Assembly: GCA_051362555.1 (NCBI GenBank)
Contig: CM120649.1
Location: 11,284,001-11,348,000 of the forward strand
Length of the DNA: 64,000 nt
Reading direction: 5' to 3'
Source of the DNA: Lingula anatina
Taxonomy: Eukaryota; Animalia; Brachiopoda
A program made the position numbers and the translations under genes. The stretch's first letter is position 1, and every line of letters starts with the position of its first letter. The notes beneath the pieces were generated by a model. The model saw only the letters and a list, made by a program, of their open reading frames with translations. It ran no database searches and had not been told where the DNA came from. This document shows, piece by piece, positions 1 to 12,213 of the stretch.

Positions 1-1790
1 AGGAAATTTATGGCACATTATGATAACTCCAAAATTATAACATTTAGTCCCTTATATCTCCAAAACTGGCAGAGATAGGTCCATAGTTACTATTGAAGTT
101 GAATAGGAAGTCATATACTGGCAATCTAAATGTGACCTTAAAATTTACCTTTGACCTACTTTTCACCATGAACTGAACTTTGCAAATTTTGCTTCCCTTT
201 TATCTCCAAAACTGGCAGAGATAGGTCCATAGTTACTATTGAACTTGAGTAGAAAGTCATATACTGGCAATCTACATGTGACCTTAAAATTGACCTTTGA
301 CCTACTTTTCACCATGAACTGAACTTTGGAAATTTTGCTTCCCTTTTATCTCCAAAACTGGCAGAGATAGGTCCATAGTCTCTATTGAACTTGAATAGGA
401 AGTCATATGCTGGCAATCTACATGTGACCTTAAAATTGACCTTTCACCTACTTTTCACCATGAACTGAACTTTGCAAATTTTGCTTCCCTTTTATCTCCA
501 AAACTGGCAGAGATAGGTCCATAGTCTCTATTGAACTTGAATAGGAAGACATATACTGGCAATCTAAATGTGACCTTTAAATTGACCTTTGACCTACTTT
601 TCACCATGAACTGAACTTTGCAAATTTTGCTTCCCTTTTATCTCCAAAACTGGCAGAGATAGGTCCATAGTCTCTATTGAACTTGAATAGGAAGTCATAT
701 ACTGGCAATCTACATGTGACCTTAAAATTGACCTTTGACCTACTTTTCACCATGAACTGAACTTTGCAAATTTTGATTCTCTTTTATCTCCAAAACTGGC
801 AGAGATAGGTCCATAGTTACTATTGAAGTTGAATAGGAAGTCATATACTGGCAATCTAAATGTGACCTTAAAATTGACCTTTGACCTACTTTTCACCAAG
901 AACTGAACTTTGGAAATTTTGCTTCCCTTTTATCTCCAAAGTTACGCTGTATCAAACAGTACATATTGGTGGTGAAAGCAAAATGTGCAGTACGGTAATG
1001 GATAATAAATTTTGAACTCCGGAAAAATAAAACATAAGGCTTGGCAAAGCAGACAACTTGTGGTCAAAAATGACATTATTTCATCAAATTTGAACATCTG
1101 GAACTTCAGAGCACCTCCCATTTCAAGAATTTTGACCAAAATGACCTTTATTTTAATTAATTTTTTCTATAGGAAATTTATGGCACATTATTGTAACTCC
1201 AAAATTATAACATTTAGTCCCTTATCTCTCCAAAACTGGCAGAGATAGGTCCATAGTCTCTATTGAACTTGAATAGGAAGTCATATACTGGCAATCTACA
1301 TGTGACCTTAAAATTGACCTTTGACCTACTTTTCACCATGAACTGAACTTTGCAAATTTTGATTCCCTTTTATCTCCAAAACTGGCAGAGATAGGTCCAT
1401 AGTTACTATTGAACTTGAATAGGAAGTCATATACTGGCAATCTTAAAGTGACCTTAAAATTGACCTTTGACCTACTTTTCACCATGAACTGAACTTTGCA
1501 TATTTTGCTTCCCCTTTATCTCTAAAACTGGCAGAGATAGGTCCATAGTTACTATTGAACATGAATAGGAAGTCATATACTGGCAATCTAAGTGTGACCT
1601 TGAAATTGACCTTTGACCTACTTATTATCATGAACTGAACTCTGCTAATTTCTTTCTCTTTTAACTCCAAACCTGGCAGAGATAGGTCCATAGTTACTAT
1701 TGAAGTTGAATAGGAAGTCATATACTGGCAATTTACTGTGACCTTGGAATTGACCTTTGACCTACCTTACGATGAACTTAACTTTGATCG
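1..1790. repeat. 146-bp tandem satellite with a 1170-bp higher-order period
   Basis: Monomer CAAAACTGGCAGAGATAGGTCCATAG...GACCTTTGACC... starts at 61, 207, 353, 499, 645 and 791. A ~290-bp spacer follows, the sequence at position 1 recurs at 1171, and monomers resume at 1231, 1377, 1523 and 1669. Confidence 0.95.
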
Positions 1791-2256
1791 TACCATTTTT
1801 AGTAATATATATATCTTTTGCATATTTTGAAAATTCTTGTTGATTGCATTTTTACAGCTTGTCAAGCACAAGACTGGTGGCTGTGTTCCTTATTTTGTAT
1901 ATGTGGGGGTCTATACGAATGCGTTTGCTCCAGCTGGTGGTACAATATTCGGAGGCGGTATCGCCTCTCTGATCCTCTAGTTATGAAAGTGTTTCAATTT
2001 AATCTAAGACTTCAAGATTAACTATCAGTATAATGATGCACAGATGTGATGAAGCTATTTCATAAAAAGGACGATGTTAACTGTTTTTAACCTTCATTCT
2101 GTTATATTTTTCATCCTTTGTATCCTGCATTTATCCTGTATGCCCACCCAGGCACAGTACTTTTATCCTACATTTATCCTATATACTGACCCAGGTACAT
2201 GAACACAATAGTTTTATCCTACTTATCCTTCATATATCCTTTATGCCCACCCAGGT

Positions 2257-2775
2257 ATGGAACCAATGAACCAGTGGGTGGAATACGACGAGGGACAGAG
2301 TCAGCAGATGGAGGACGCCTCCGCCATTAAGGCACTGTTGGAGATGAAGAACGGCAGCCAGCCACGCTCCAGCTCTCTGGATATCGGCCAGATACAGCTA
2401 CAGACTGTGGACCTCTATGCACTAGGTAAGTTATGATAGAAAAAAAGGGTAAGTTGTAATAGGGTAAAAAGGGTAAGTTGTAACAGGATAAAAAGGGTAA
2501 GTTATAATAGAGGAAAAAGGGTGAGTTATGATAGGGTAAAAAGGGTAAGTTGTAAAAGGGTAAAAAGGGTAATTTGTTATATGGTAAAAAGGGTAAGTTG
2601 TGATAAGGTAAGAAGGGTTTGTGAATGAGGTGTAGGGGGTTAGGCTAAGAAAATGATTGAATTCTCTGTACCTTGTACCAGTACAGCTAAAGATTTTAGA
2701 GGCTGAACATGTTTTGACTTATGAGGCATGCCATTGCAAAAATCAGTTTAGTCTGTTGTGAAAGGACTGTTTTAT

Positions 2776-2840
<65 letters not shown>

Positions 2841-5270
2841 TTTTTTAAAAATTTTTTGTGCATATACCTATCTCACCATATTTATTCTCATTCTTCAGAT
2901 CATCAGAATAAGTTGAATTGTCCTAAGATCTATGTGGTTTTTGACTGCTTAATATTTGGATGATTATCTTCCTCTACGTAACACCTGCTTTTTATTTTTG
3001 CTTCAGAACAAGCATTGAGCCAGCAGGCTGCTCAGAATGCACAGCAAGAGCCCGCGGCACACACGTCAGGACTGGAGTACCTGCAAGCCGCTGCCCTGGA
3101 TGTGGAGAAACAACAGGTGAGTGAGGTAATGGTAGATCAGAATGCACAGCAAAAGCCCGCGGCACAGACGTCAGGACTGGGGTACATGCAAGCTGCTGCC
3201 CTGGATGTGGAGAAACAACAGGTGAATGAGGTAATGGTAGCTCAGACATAAAGAAACTACAAGACTGGAGACACTTGTTTCCTCAATACAGTGTATGTGT
3301 TTTTGAAATACACTTGGACCTGTGTAGCTTGGCAGGGCCTGCAATATCTAGAATTCAGTAGGTTCTTTAGCAGTGCTTTCAGGATTTTCACCATGTTTGA
3401 TTCTCTGTCTCATTACCAGTCCTAGCAAAACTATTAAGGAGTTCAATATGAGCTTGCTGATTAGTCTGTTTTTTTTCCCTCCAGAGGTCAGGTGATGTCA
3501 GCTATGTCCGCCCCCAGACAGGCCCTGCCCAGACCCGAGAAACATATCAGGGTGAGCTGGACCCCAGAACGGGCCTCTTTTATAGCTCATCAAAGGACCA
3601 ATCACAGTCAAGTTCACAAACGGCCAGTAATATCAAGCCAGACAAACCCCAAACCACTGTCGAAGAGCAAAAGACATTGGATATATTCAGCAGTGCTCTG
3701 GCACAGGCGGAGATTAATCTCGACCCATATCAATTTGTTGACGAGGAGGAGGAGGACGTTACAGGGCTTACTCCATCAAAAATGCAGCCAGCGTCTTCCT
3801 CTCAGTTATCAGAGGGTTCAGGGTCACAAGTCAGTGCCAGCACCTTGATGAGTATTCTGTCCTCCAGTACAGGAGAGCAGTATAGTTTACTGCAGGGCTC
3901 GCAGACTACAGAATTATCTCAAGGTGTGTATTAAATATTAGTCTCATGATATGCTATGGTGGTTTGTATAAAATTATGGAAAGATTAATAAGGTTAAAGT
4001 TAGATTGGTAAAAAAATATTAATTATTTTATTGCATTTCATTGCATTGATAAACCTAATTCAATAACATGACATGGACAGACCTTCAAAAAGAGAAAATA
4101 ATAAAATTTTATGTAGAATAATGGAAAAAAAACTGGATTCCGTTGAAATAAGATAATGGCTATAATTTCTTTCCTAAACTAGAAAAGCACTCAGAGAGCA
4201 CAGACCTCTGCCAAAGCTGCAAAGTCTCCATCCAATGCTGTTTCACCCCTAAATTTTCGATATTTTTGATTATTGATTGATTATTGATCCAGATCACCAC
4301 CAAAAACTTATCATCTGTTCCTTGGCCCACTCCTGACAGTTCCTGAAAATTTCATAAAAATCGGTCCATAACTTAGTTTTTTATTATTGATTAATGATTA
4401 TTGATTGATTATTGATCCAAAAACTAATCTCTTCTAAGTTAACCCATTTCTGACCTACCCTGAAAATTTTATCAAAATCGGTCCAAACCTTTCTGAGTTA
4501 TGTTGATGACAAACAGACAGAAAGACAGACAAACAGGGGTGAAAACAACCTCCTTGCAGAGATAATAAGTTTCTGTCCAGAACATTTCAAAATTTATAAG
4601 AACTTTCAGAAGTATTTTCTCCACAAACAAACTAATGCTGTACATAGAAAACATAACTTACATCATTTGGCAGAGGGGGTAAATTGCACCAAAATGCAAT
4701 TCTGCACCGAGAGTTAGTAAAAGTAACATATATTTTTCAGACTATTCACAAACCAGCCAATCATCCAGCGCAGACGTCAGTTTGGGAGAGCTGTCGCCAC
4801 AGCAACAAGATCAGCTCCAGCACTCACAGACACTGTTACAAGTGAAGGATGGCTCAGACATAGGGAGGCAGGGGGAGTTCATCCCACTACAGCAGGTGCA
4901 AGGCAAGCCTGGGGCTACCACTATCCATGTACTACAGACAGTACAGGTGGGGAGACAGTGAAATAGAATTTTTGGGTGAAATAGAATTTTGCTTTGCTGT
5001 TCCTGTAGAGATGGGATAAAAGTGAATTATTTTTAATAGGCTGAAAGTGTTTTCCACCTTTGAGATATGAAGTTTTGAACCTTCGTCAATGGGTCTGGAT
5101 CACATGATTAACTTGGTAATGTGATATGGAAGAATATTTTTATTCTCTCATTTCTTATTTTTCTTTTGGAAATATGTTTATTTTTTTATTTTTTTATTGC
5201 AGACATCCATGTCATTTCCTGTTTTTAATAATGTCTAAACATTATTATTTTCATAGGCCTATTTGTCTCT

Positions 5271-5321
<51 letters not shown>

Positions 5322-5653
5322 TTTCATAGCAGACCCCTGTCTCTGCAGTGGGAGCTGGGGATACCCTTGGTGTGGAGGAACTCACAGGTCAGCTGTATGA
5401 GATGGTGGAGGAAGAGGCTGGGGAGGGCAGTTACTTTGGCTCTTCATCAGGTAAGGAATATCTCGCAGGTCAGCTGTATGAGATGGTGGAGGAAGAGGCT
5501 GGGGAGGGCAGTTACTTTGGCTATTCATCAGGTAAGGAATATCTCGCAGGTCAGCTGTATGAGATGGTGGAGGAAGAGGCTGGGGAGGGTAGTTACTTTG
5601 GCTCTTCATCAGGTAAGGAATATCTCCACCAAAAGAAGAGTTGTGTCTTCATT

Positions 5654-5712
<59 letters not shown>

Positions 5713-6022
5713 TTTTTGACAAGATATCTATAAACATTCTTTACAATGAAACGAAATTTTAAGGGGGGATATTTTTAGGGAAAGGATTACACATTTATAT
5801 GACTGTGACCTTTGACCTTGCAGGCTCTGACCTCTATGATGCCAGCAGTGCAGCAGTTAGGGCCAGTAAAAGGAAGAGGAAGGCACCCCTGGCTCCAGAT
5901 GACAGTCCTCCACACACAGTGGGCGGGTGGACCAGAGTTGCACTGGGGTCAGTGGACACTTCTTACCAGACCAGGACATCCCTGCTTCTGGAACATTTAG
6001 AAAAAAATGTTAAAAATGATGG

Positions 6023-6111
<89 letters not shown>

Positions 6112-8064
6112 ATTTCTCTTGAAAGCACCAAGTGAAAACATCGAAGGTAATATGCTTTAGTAAAATTTCTCATAAAACAAATTTTAAAAAATTTGTTTGT
6201 TTTCACCAGACTGCTTCAGAGAGTTTCTAGATTCCGTGGAGCCAACAGAGAGAAAGGGGAAGTCAACGCAGCATCTTGGTTTACCAGACCAGGTATTACT
6301 TTTATCAGACGTGATTTATTAATTGATTAATTAATTTATTTATTTTAATCAAAAATCTTTTGTTGTTGTTTTTTTTTTTCGTGGCTGTCATCTTACTTCA
6401 GCTGCTCCCCAAGACCCTCAGTTTAAGTCCACCAAGTCTTTTCTCCCGGAATTTTTCTTACAATCCAAAATCCTGTTGGTTCAATGTCAACATCTACATT
6501 AAGCCAAGGCTAATTTCCTGGTGAGGTAGCAGACAAGAGCTGCCAGTTTCTGAATAGTTTGAACCTTATTTTATGTAAAGTCAACATTTATCTGCAGCCA
6601 ATAAACAGGCTTACTAACTAAAGCATCTTCTGGATGTGATTGTAGCAATTAATTGATTATTAGTTTTTTTTTTTTTTTTTTTTTTTTTTAGTAATTTAGT
6701 ATTTTTAACAGGCATTGTAGTCTACATTATGTCCAAATGTCTGCCACATATTTAACCAATTACTATAATAAGACAATTATGAATATTTTAATATGGCCAC
6801 AGTAAATCGGAAAAGAATTTTATCATATGTGTTATGTAATGAGAATACAGGATAGAGGCTTTTCACCTGGTTATACGCATTCCCTGGTGAAGATGCTCTT
6901 AATAGACATCAAAATATTGGCGGTAGACAACATTTTCAATATTACCTGTTGACTGAATAAAAATCCTAATTAAAAATTTTAGCATTTGTAACAGCAAAGT
7001 ATTTGAAATTCGCTACATGGCCGTGTCTATTTCTGTTTGCAGTGGATGAGGCGGAGGCTCCGGGTTACCATGACATTATAAAGAATCCCATGGATTTCAG
7101 CACAATAAGGAGGAAATTGGAGGTAATGGCAAAAGACTGTTAGTAAAAAATAATATAAAAGTTAAATGTTTGTTAATATATCAGATAAGAATAGGGGGGA
7201 AAACTGTAGATAAAAGCACAGGGTTGTTAGAAAAAAAAATAATATTAAAGGTAAATGTTGGTTTATATATCAGATAAGATTAGGGAGAAAAAGTGGTGAT
7301 GAAAGCAAAGGATTGTTAGAAAAAAAATAATGTAAAAGTTAAATGTTTGTTTATATATCAGATAACAGAATATCAGATAAGATATGACAGACACTGGAAA
7401 TTTTACTGTAATTGTTACAAATGGAATGGAATTATATGACAACTTGAGTCAGGTCGAGTTTAATGGAACTGAATTATTTGTCCTTGTTTTAGGTTGGAAT
7501 GTATGCAAACTTCAGCGAGTTGAATGATGACATGTTGTTGGTTCGAGACAACTGCTACAGCTACAACCCGCCAGGACACGATGCGCGGAGAGATTGTGAT
7601 GAGGTGTTCGCCTTCTATCAGATGGAGTATGAAAAGACCGTGGAAAAATGGAACAAGGTACATTTTTAGGGTGTGCTTAGACAGGGGCCACTTTGGATTG
7701 GAAATAGGTCCAATATTCTTAAGCAGGTCACTAAATTGATGAAACATAAAAGAAGAGTGAAAAAAGTAAAACTTGAAAATTTATGGACAAGGATGATAGT
7801 TTTTATCATAGATAAACATATATTTAAGCCTGGCCATGACATGGTTTTAACACTGATTTGTGAGAGTGCAAAAATCTAAAGAACCAAATCTAAAGTTTGG
7901 ATGTCAAGCAGTATGGACTAATGTAGGCATTGCATATACTTGAATTAGAAATCCATGAAATATTTGAGCATTTTCTTACCTACCTTTTTTTTTCATTTCA
8001 GAGTCAGCAGTTGTCACCTTCAAATAAAAAGATCAAACTTGACAAGAGCCCTTCAAGATCATGA
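2257..8064 (+). CDS. Bromodomain-containing protein (~519 aa; low-complexity Q/S/E N-terminus, one C-terminal bromodomain, basic NLS-like motifs)
   Basis: Phase-consistent exons 2257-2425, 3007-3116, 3485-3923, 4741-4946, 5330-5450, 5824-5947, 6210-6292, 7043-7122, 7493-7657, 8002-8064. The spliced product reads [33 protein letters not shown]...[15 protein letters not shown] (PGY, PMD and the conserved YN). An acceptor at 2254 suggests more upstream exons may exist. Confidence 0.88.
2426..2620 (+). repeat. ~24-bp minisatellite that repeats the splice donor (GGGTAAGTTGTAATAGGGTAAAAA-like)
   Basis: About 7-8 imperfect copies start at the donor of the exon ending at 2425; most carry G|GTAAGT. 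Confidence 0.85.
2777..2838 (+). repeat. (GATA)n microsatellite
   Basis: Pure AGAT run seen directly. Confidence 0.95.
3032..3246 (+). repeat. 105-bp tandem duplication spanning an exon 3' end and its donor
   Basis: Units start at 3032 and 3137 (TCAGAATGCACAGCAA...CAACAG|GTGA.TGAGGTAATGGTAG) and are in frame, encoding 35-aa repeats. Confidence 0.92.
4177..4566 (+). mobile_element. Non-autonomous Helentron/HINE (DINE-1-like) type interspersed repeat
   Basis: AACTAGAAAAGCACTCAGAGAG start, subterminal ACCTCTGCCAA, GATCCAGATCACC core, (GACA)n microsatellite and a terminal ACCTCCTTGCAGAG hairpin-like end. Recognised from architecture only. Confidence 0.5.
5385..5626 (+). repeat. 3 x 81-bp tandem repeat spanning an exon 3' end and its donor
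   Basis: Units start at 5385, 5466 and 5547. Identical CAG|GTAAGG donors follow 5450, 5531 and 5612, and the frame is open (27-aa repeat). Confidence 0.95.
7128..7366 (+). repeat. ~88-bp intronic minisatellite (3 copies) directly after a donor
   Basis: TGTTAG.AAAAAA.TAAT...AATGTT.G.TTATATATCAGATAA at ~7138, ~7225 and ~7314. Confidence 0.8.
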
Positions 8065-10343
8065 TAGGCAATTCACAAGTCAAGAACTTTTGTTAACTTT
8101 TAAAGACCGTATAGAGATTGTGCATATTCAGCAAACGTTTCAAGGAATGGCCTAGTCAAGCTAGACGCTCCGTTTAAATTTGTAATGAAATAAATATTAC
8201 AATGTGTATGTAGTGAAATAAGTTGGATCATTTTCTCTTGTGTAAAGAGAGTTGTAACTTCTTGAGCTCTGTCGATGAGTCAGACAAGTGATCGAGGTCC
8301 TTCCATGAAGGGTTTAAATGTCATGTTTCTTAGGTAAAAAAAAAACTTTTGTATAGTCTCCTCTTTAGTAATGAGTTAATTTTTTAACGAAGTTATGAAA
8401 AGTATCAATAACATTTCAATGGATGAAGGCTATCAATGTTATTATGACTGTTTATGTAGAATGTTTGATACAGTGATAATGTATTGCAGACTTAGACATT
8501 TTTACATTTTCAAATTTTTAATTTCCATCAACACATTGAAAAAAAATTGTCCTGAATAATTTCCTTAGATGTTACTACACATCTTTTGTAACTGTTTTTG
8601 TCAAATTAAACTGTTACAAATAAGTACAATATTCATGTAAAATAAAAGTAAGCAAATGCTATTTTTTTAAGAATGTTTAATACTATTTACTGACAGTCAT
8701 CATCACTTCAACTTCATTGACGATCCAGATGGCTCGATCCAACTTCTAGCAAAAGTGTAGTCAATGTAATCAGCCTAATTGTCTGATGCACCCCACTTTA
8801 TAGCACACGAAAGTTAATTACCTCCTAGCTGCTACGACTGTTCTACTAGTATATCTGATGATCTTTGTTGCTTTTAGTGTTTCCCGACAACTCGTATTTC
8901 CCTTTTAAAAAATTCAGCAATTTTCCCACTCGTGTACAATTTCTGATCCGTTGTTTCACTTAAATTCGATGTTTTATAGCATTTTATTAAAAAAAGTACT
9001 ATGTCTTTAATGTCTAGGAAGTGTCGGCATTTTGTACCTTAATTACTTTTATTTGATGGGTTTAATCGATTTTAGGGTCTAAATCGACAATTGAAAATAG
9101 ATTTGCAGTATGCTTGGATATAGAAAATGTGACTTTTGGATTCTTTCAAACGGAGATAGGACAAGCTTTACAGGTATTTAACGTGGGTCTACAGTTACTA
9201 AAAAATGCGCGTCCCATCGCCAGGAATGCGAGTCCGGATGAGACCATTTTTCTAATTTATATAGAGAAAATATGACCGCCCTGACTTTTTTCTCTCACAC
9301 CTAAAAAAAAATGTATATATAAAAAAATTCTAAATAAGATTACATGTTCAGATTAACGTTATATGCACAGTTTAAAATTATTTTTAAATTGAATGGATTA
9401 AGTATGTATTGTAAAGAAGAGGACTTGCTAAAATTCACATACGAAACATAAAAGGAGGTTGATCGAAAAACTAAGATATTAGAAACCGTAAAAAAGGAAT
9501 TTATGTATTTATGACACCTCATAGCATACGAGAACATTTATCCGTGCAGAATTCTATACGATTATACCGTAAAAAGAATGCATGTACTGCTAAAATTACT
9601 GTAAATGTGGTTATACATGTAGAACTATAGTCCTATCACACCTAAACTTTACGTGTTCTCAATTCATAAGCTCGTATTAGTTATTGAAACGCGCAATTCT
9701 GGGTGTTTGTTTAGTTTGGGTCCGGCCTTTAGACATATAAATAATAGGCTATATAATTTTTTTTTGCTATATACGATAAATCGCATAGTTAAGTCGTCTT
9801 CTATATGGTGATTAAAAAGCAGATTCAAGAGCTATCTTTTCCTGGTAAAGTACAGATAATAATCATGGCGTGGCTGGATAAAACCAGTGACACTTGCGAT
9901 CCACTTGAGAATATATTATCATAAATAATCAAAACAGAAACAAATAAGCAACACGTACAACACAAACTGTTTATTGGGAATACATAAATATAGACTAAAA
10001 TAAGGCTCGGCAAATTGTTAAGCTGGTTAACGATCGGCCATTCCACCATCTGGCCTTTTCATTGAATAAAAACAACGATGATTTCGTTTTACTTTTTAAT
10101 TTTTTCACTTTTCATACCAATCCCTAACGCATTTTTTTTTTCGAAAACAAAAGTGATTTCCTCAAAATTAGACCCTTGTTGCACTCTACAACAAATGAAT
10201 CGATTTTGCGTTCCGAATATAAAATGTTGAGATAATTACACACAATATAACACTTTATAAATTTAGACAGTTGTAGAATGTCAACAAAACCAATAATAAT
10301 AATAATTTAGCTAGATTTCCGCCAGGTTTCAAAACAGCGACTT

Positions 10344-10389
<46 letters not shown>

Positions 10390-12213
10390 TTTATTTCTTA
10401 AAACTGCACTACACTACCGTCTCAGTGCTGTTTACAGGTAAAATTATCAGGATTACAACTAATTATATATATAATAAATGCTAAGGTTAAAAAAAAATAA
10501 TTAAAATAATTAATGCTGGTTAAAATAGTAATGGTCTGAACAATAAAACTTTTTTTCTGATAAAATGAGAAAATATTAATTAAAATACTGTGCAAACATA
10601 AATACTATCAGTAGTCCGAATGTGTGAGGGTAATTGATTCCATAAAATTGGTGCTGAAACTGAAAATGCCCTGTGGCCGTAGGTTTTTTTTTTTTTTCAT
10701 TTCTGATAAAACGAGGAGTGGAGGTGGATCTGGTAGACCTGGTGAGACTGGGTGTACTTGGATGTAGCACCGAGTTAAAATATGAGGGGCATTCACCTCT
10801 GGTGATTTAAAAAAAAAAAACAACAGTAATTTAAAAACAATTCTCTGTCGTACAGGAAGCCAATGTAGTTCGAATAAAATTGTTTGATCTGAGAGGGGTT
10901 TTGGTCAGTAGTCGTGCTGCGGTCAGTAGTCGTGCTGCTAATACTCAAATATTATACTCAAATATTATTAGTTGAATGATGCAAATAGTAAACAATTTTG
11001 CTCTTTCCTTTGTGCTGACGATCCACAAATACCAGCTGGCATGCAATGGCGGCAAAACGTGTGTGGCTGAAAACAATGATAATAACAATATGCCATTTAT
11101 ACACTAGAGGAAATGACGTGAAATCACAACGTGAAAATAGCACACAATAAAATAGTTTCAAATAGCAAGATATCAGACTGTCATTAGGGTAGGGTAAATC
11201 TCATAGAATAAAGTCGGATTAATAATACAATCAGGTAACTAATGAAGCGGCACTTATCTGTGGGATGCAAGAATTAAAAGTGGCGGATGATATATGCATG
11301 TATGAATGTGAAGGAGTATAATCTAAACTTGACATAAGCCACATCATAAGCACAAAGGACTTTTTGACCGATATGCCTCTATAATCACCTGTTTCTCTCT
11401 ATATTTTTTTAAAGTTATTATTTACCCTACCCTACTGCCATGGTATCCACGCGGCATAAACCAGTTAATAATAAAACAGTTTTGTGCTGTAACTTCAATG
11501 TGAGCCATATGACTATACTATGAGAGTCAATGTGCGCAATAGTAATGAAATGAACTCGAAAAAAGTAGCATTTTTAAAAAATGCTAAAAAAAAAAAAAAA
11601 AATCAAAATTAGTCTTACACAATTATAGCAGTACAGAAGACTAATATTCAACAAAAAAGACTATAACAAACCTCTACACTTTGTCTTGGATACTATAAGC
11701 GTCCTGCGCGTGAAGCTGGTACAGGTAACCTTATAAACCTTGTATTTACAGTCACATTGACAACAAATAATCAACTAGTTCATAGTGCCGATTGACTGAA
11801 GTAACTTGATGAGAACAATATTTGTCGCATGACAGAATTAAAATGACCGAAAGTCCGAAACTCTATTACTAGACATTCTACCATTATTGAAATACAACAT
11901 GACCTAATAATCACCAAATTGTCCTCAATGACCCACGGTAAAGTAACCCCACAATGTGATACCTGGTTTCAATCATTAGATTAATGTTTTTCGATATTTA
12001 AAATGCAGTGGTATTTCTATGGATTTAATTAAAAATGTATTAATGGAATTGCTGTGTGGGTATGTTTCACAAAAGTAAGATTATGATAATAGATTATGAG
12101 TATAATGAGTATAATGGACTGTTTAAACCGAATTCAAAATTTTCCTTATGACACGCAAAAATATGTTATACAATATCACCTATGCCACACTATAAGCCAA
12201 ACAGTGCAGGCAT

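Noticed and set aside
1-1790. CRISPR-like array
   Set aside because: Whole 146-bp units repeat with no unique spacers, there are no cas genes, and the context is eukaryotic.
1818-2021. Possible extra upstream coding exon after TTACAG at ~1857
   Set aside because: The frames I checked end in stops, I found no convincing in-phase donor, and there is no recognisable domain.
5126-6206. ORFs with poly-Ile, FIYL, SL/TH or CV/ER runs (also near 18410, 19492, 46142 and 48226)
   Set aside because: These are translations of microsatellites.
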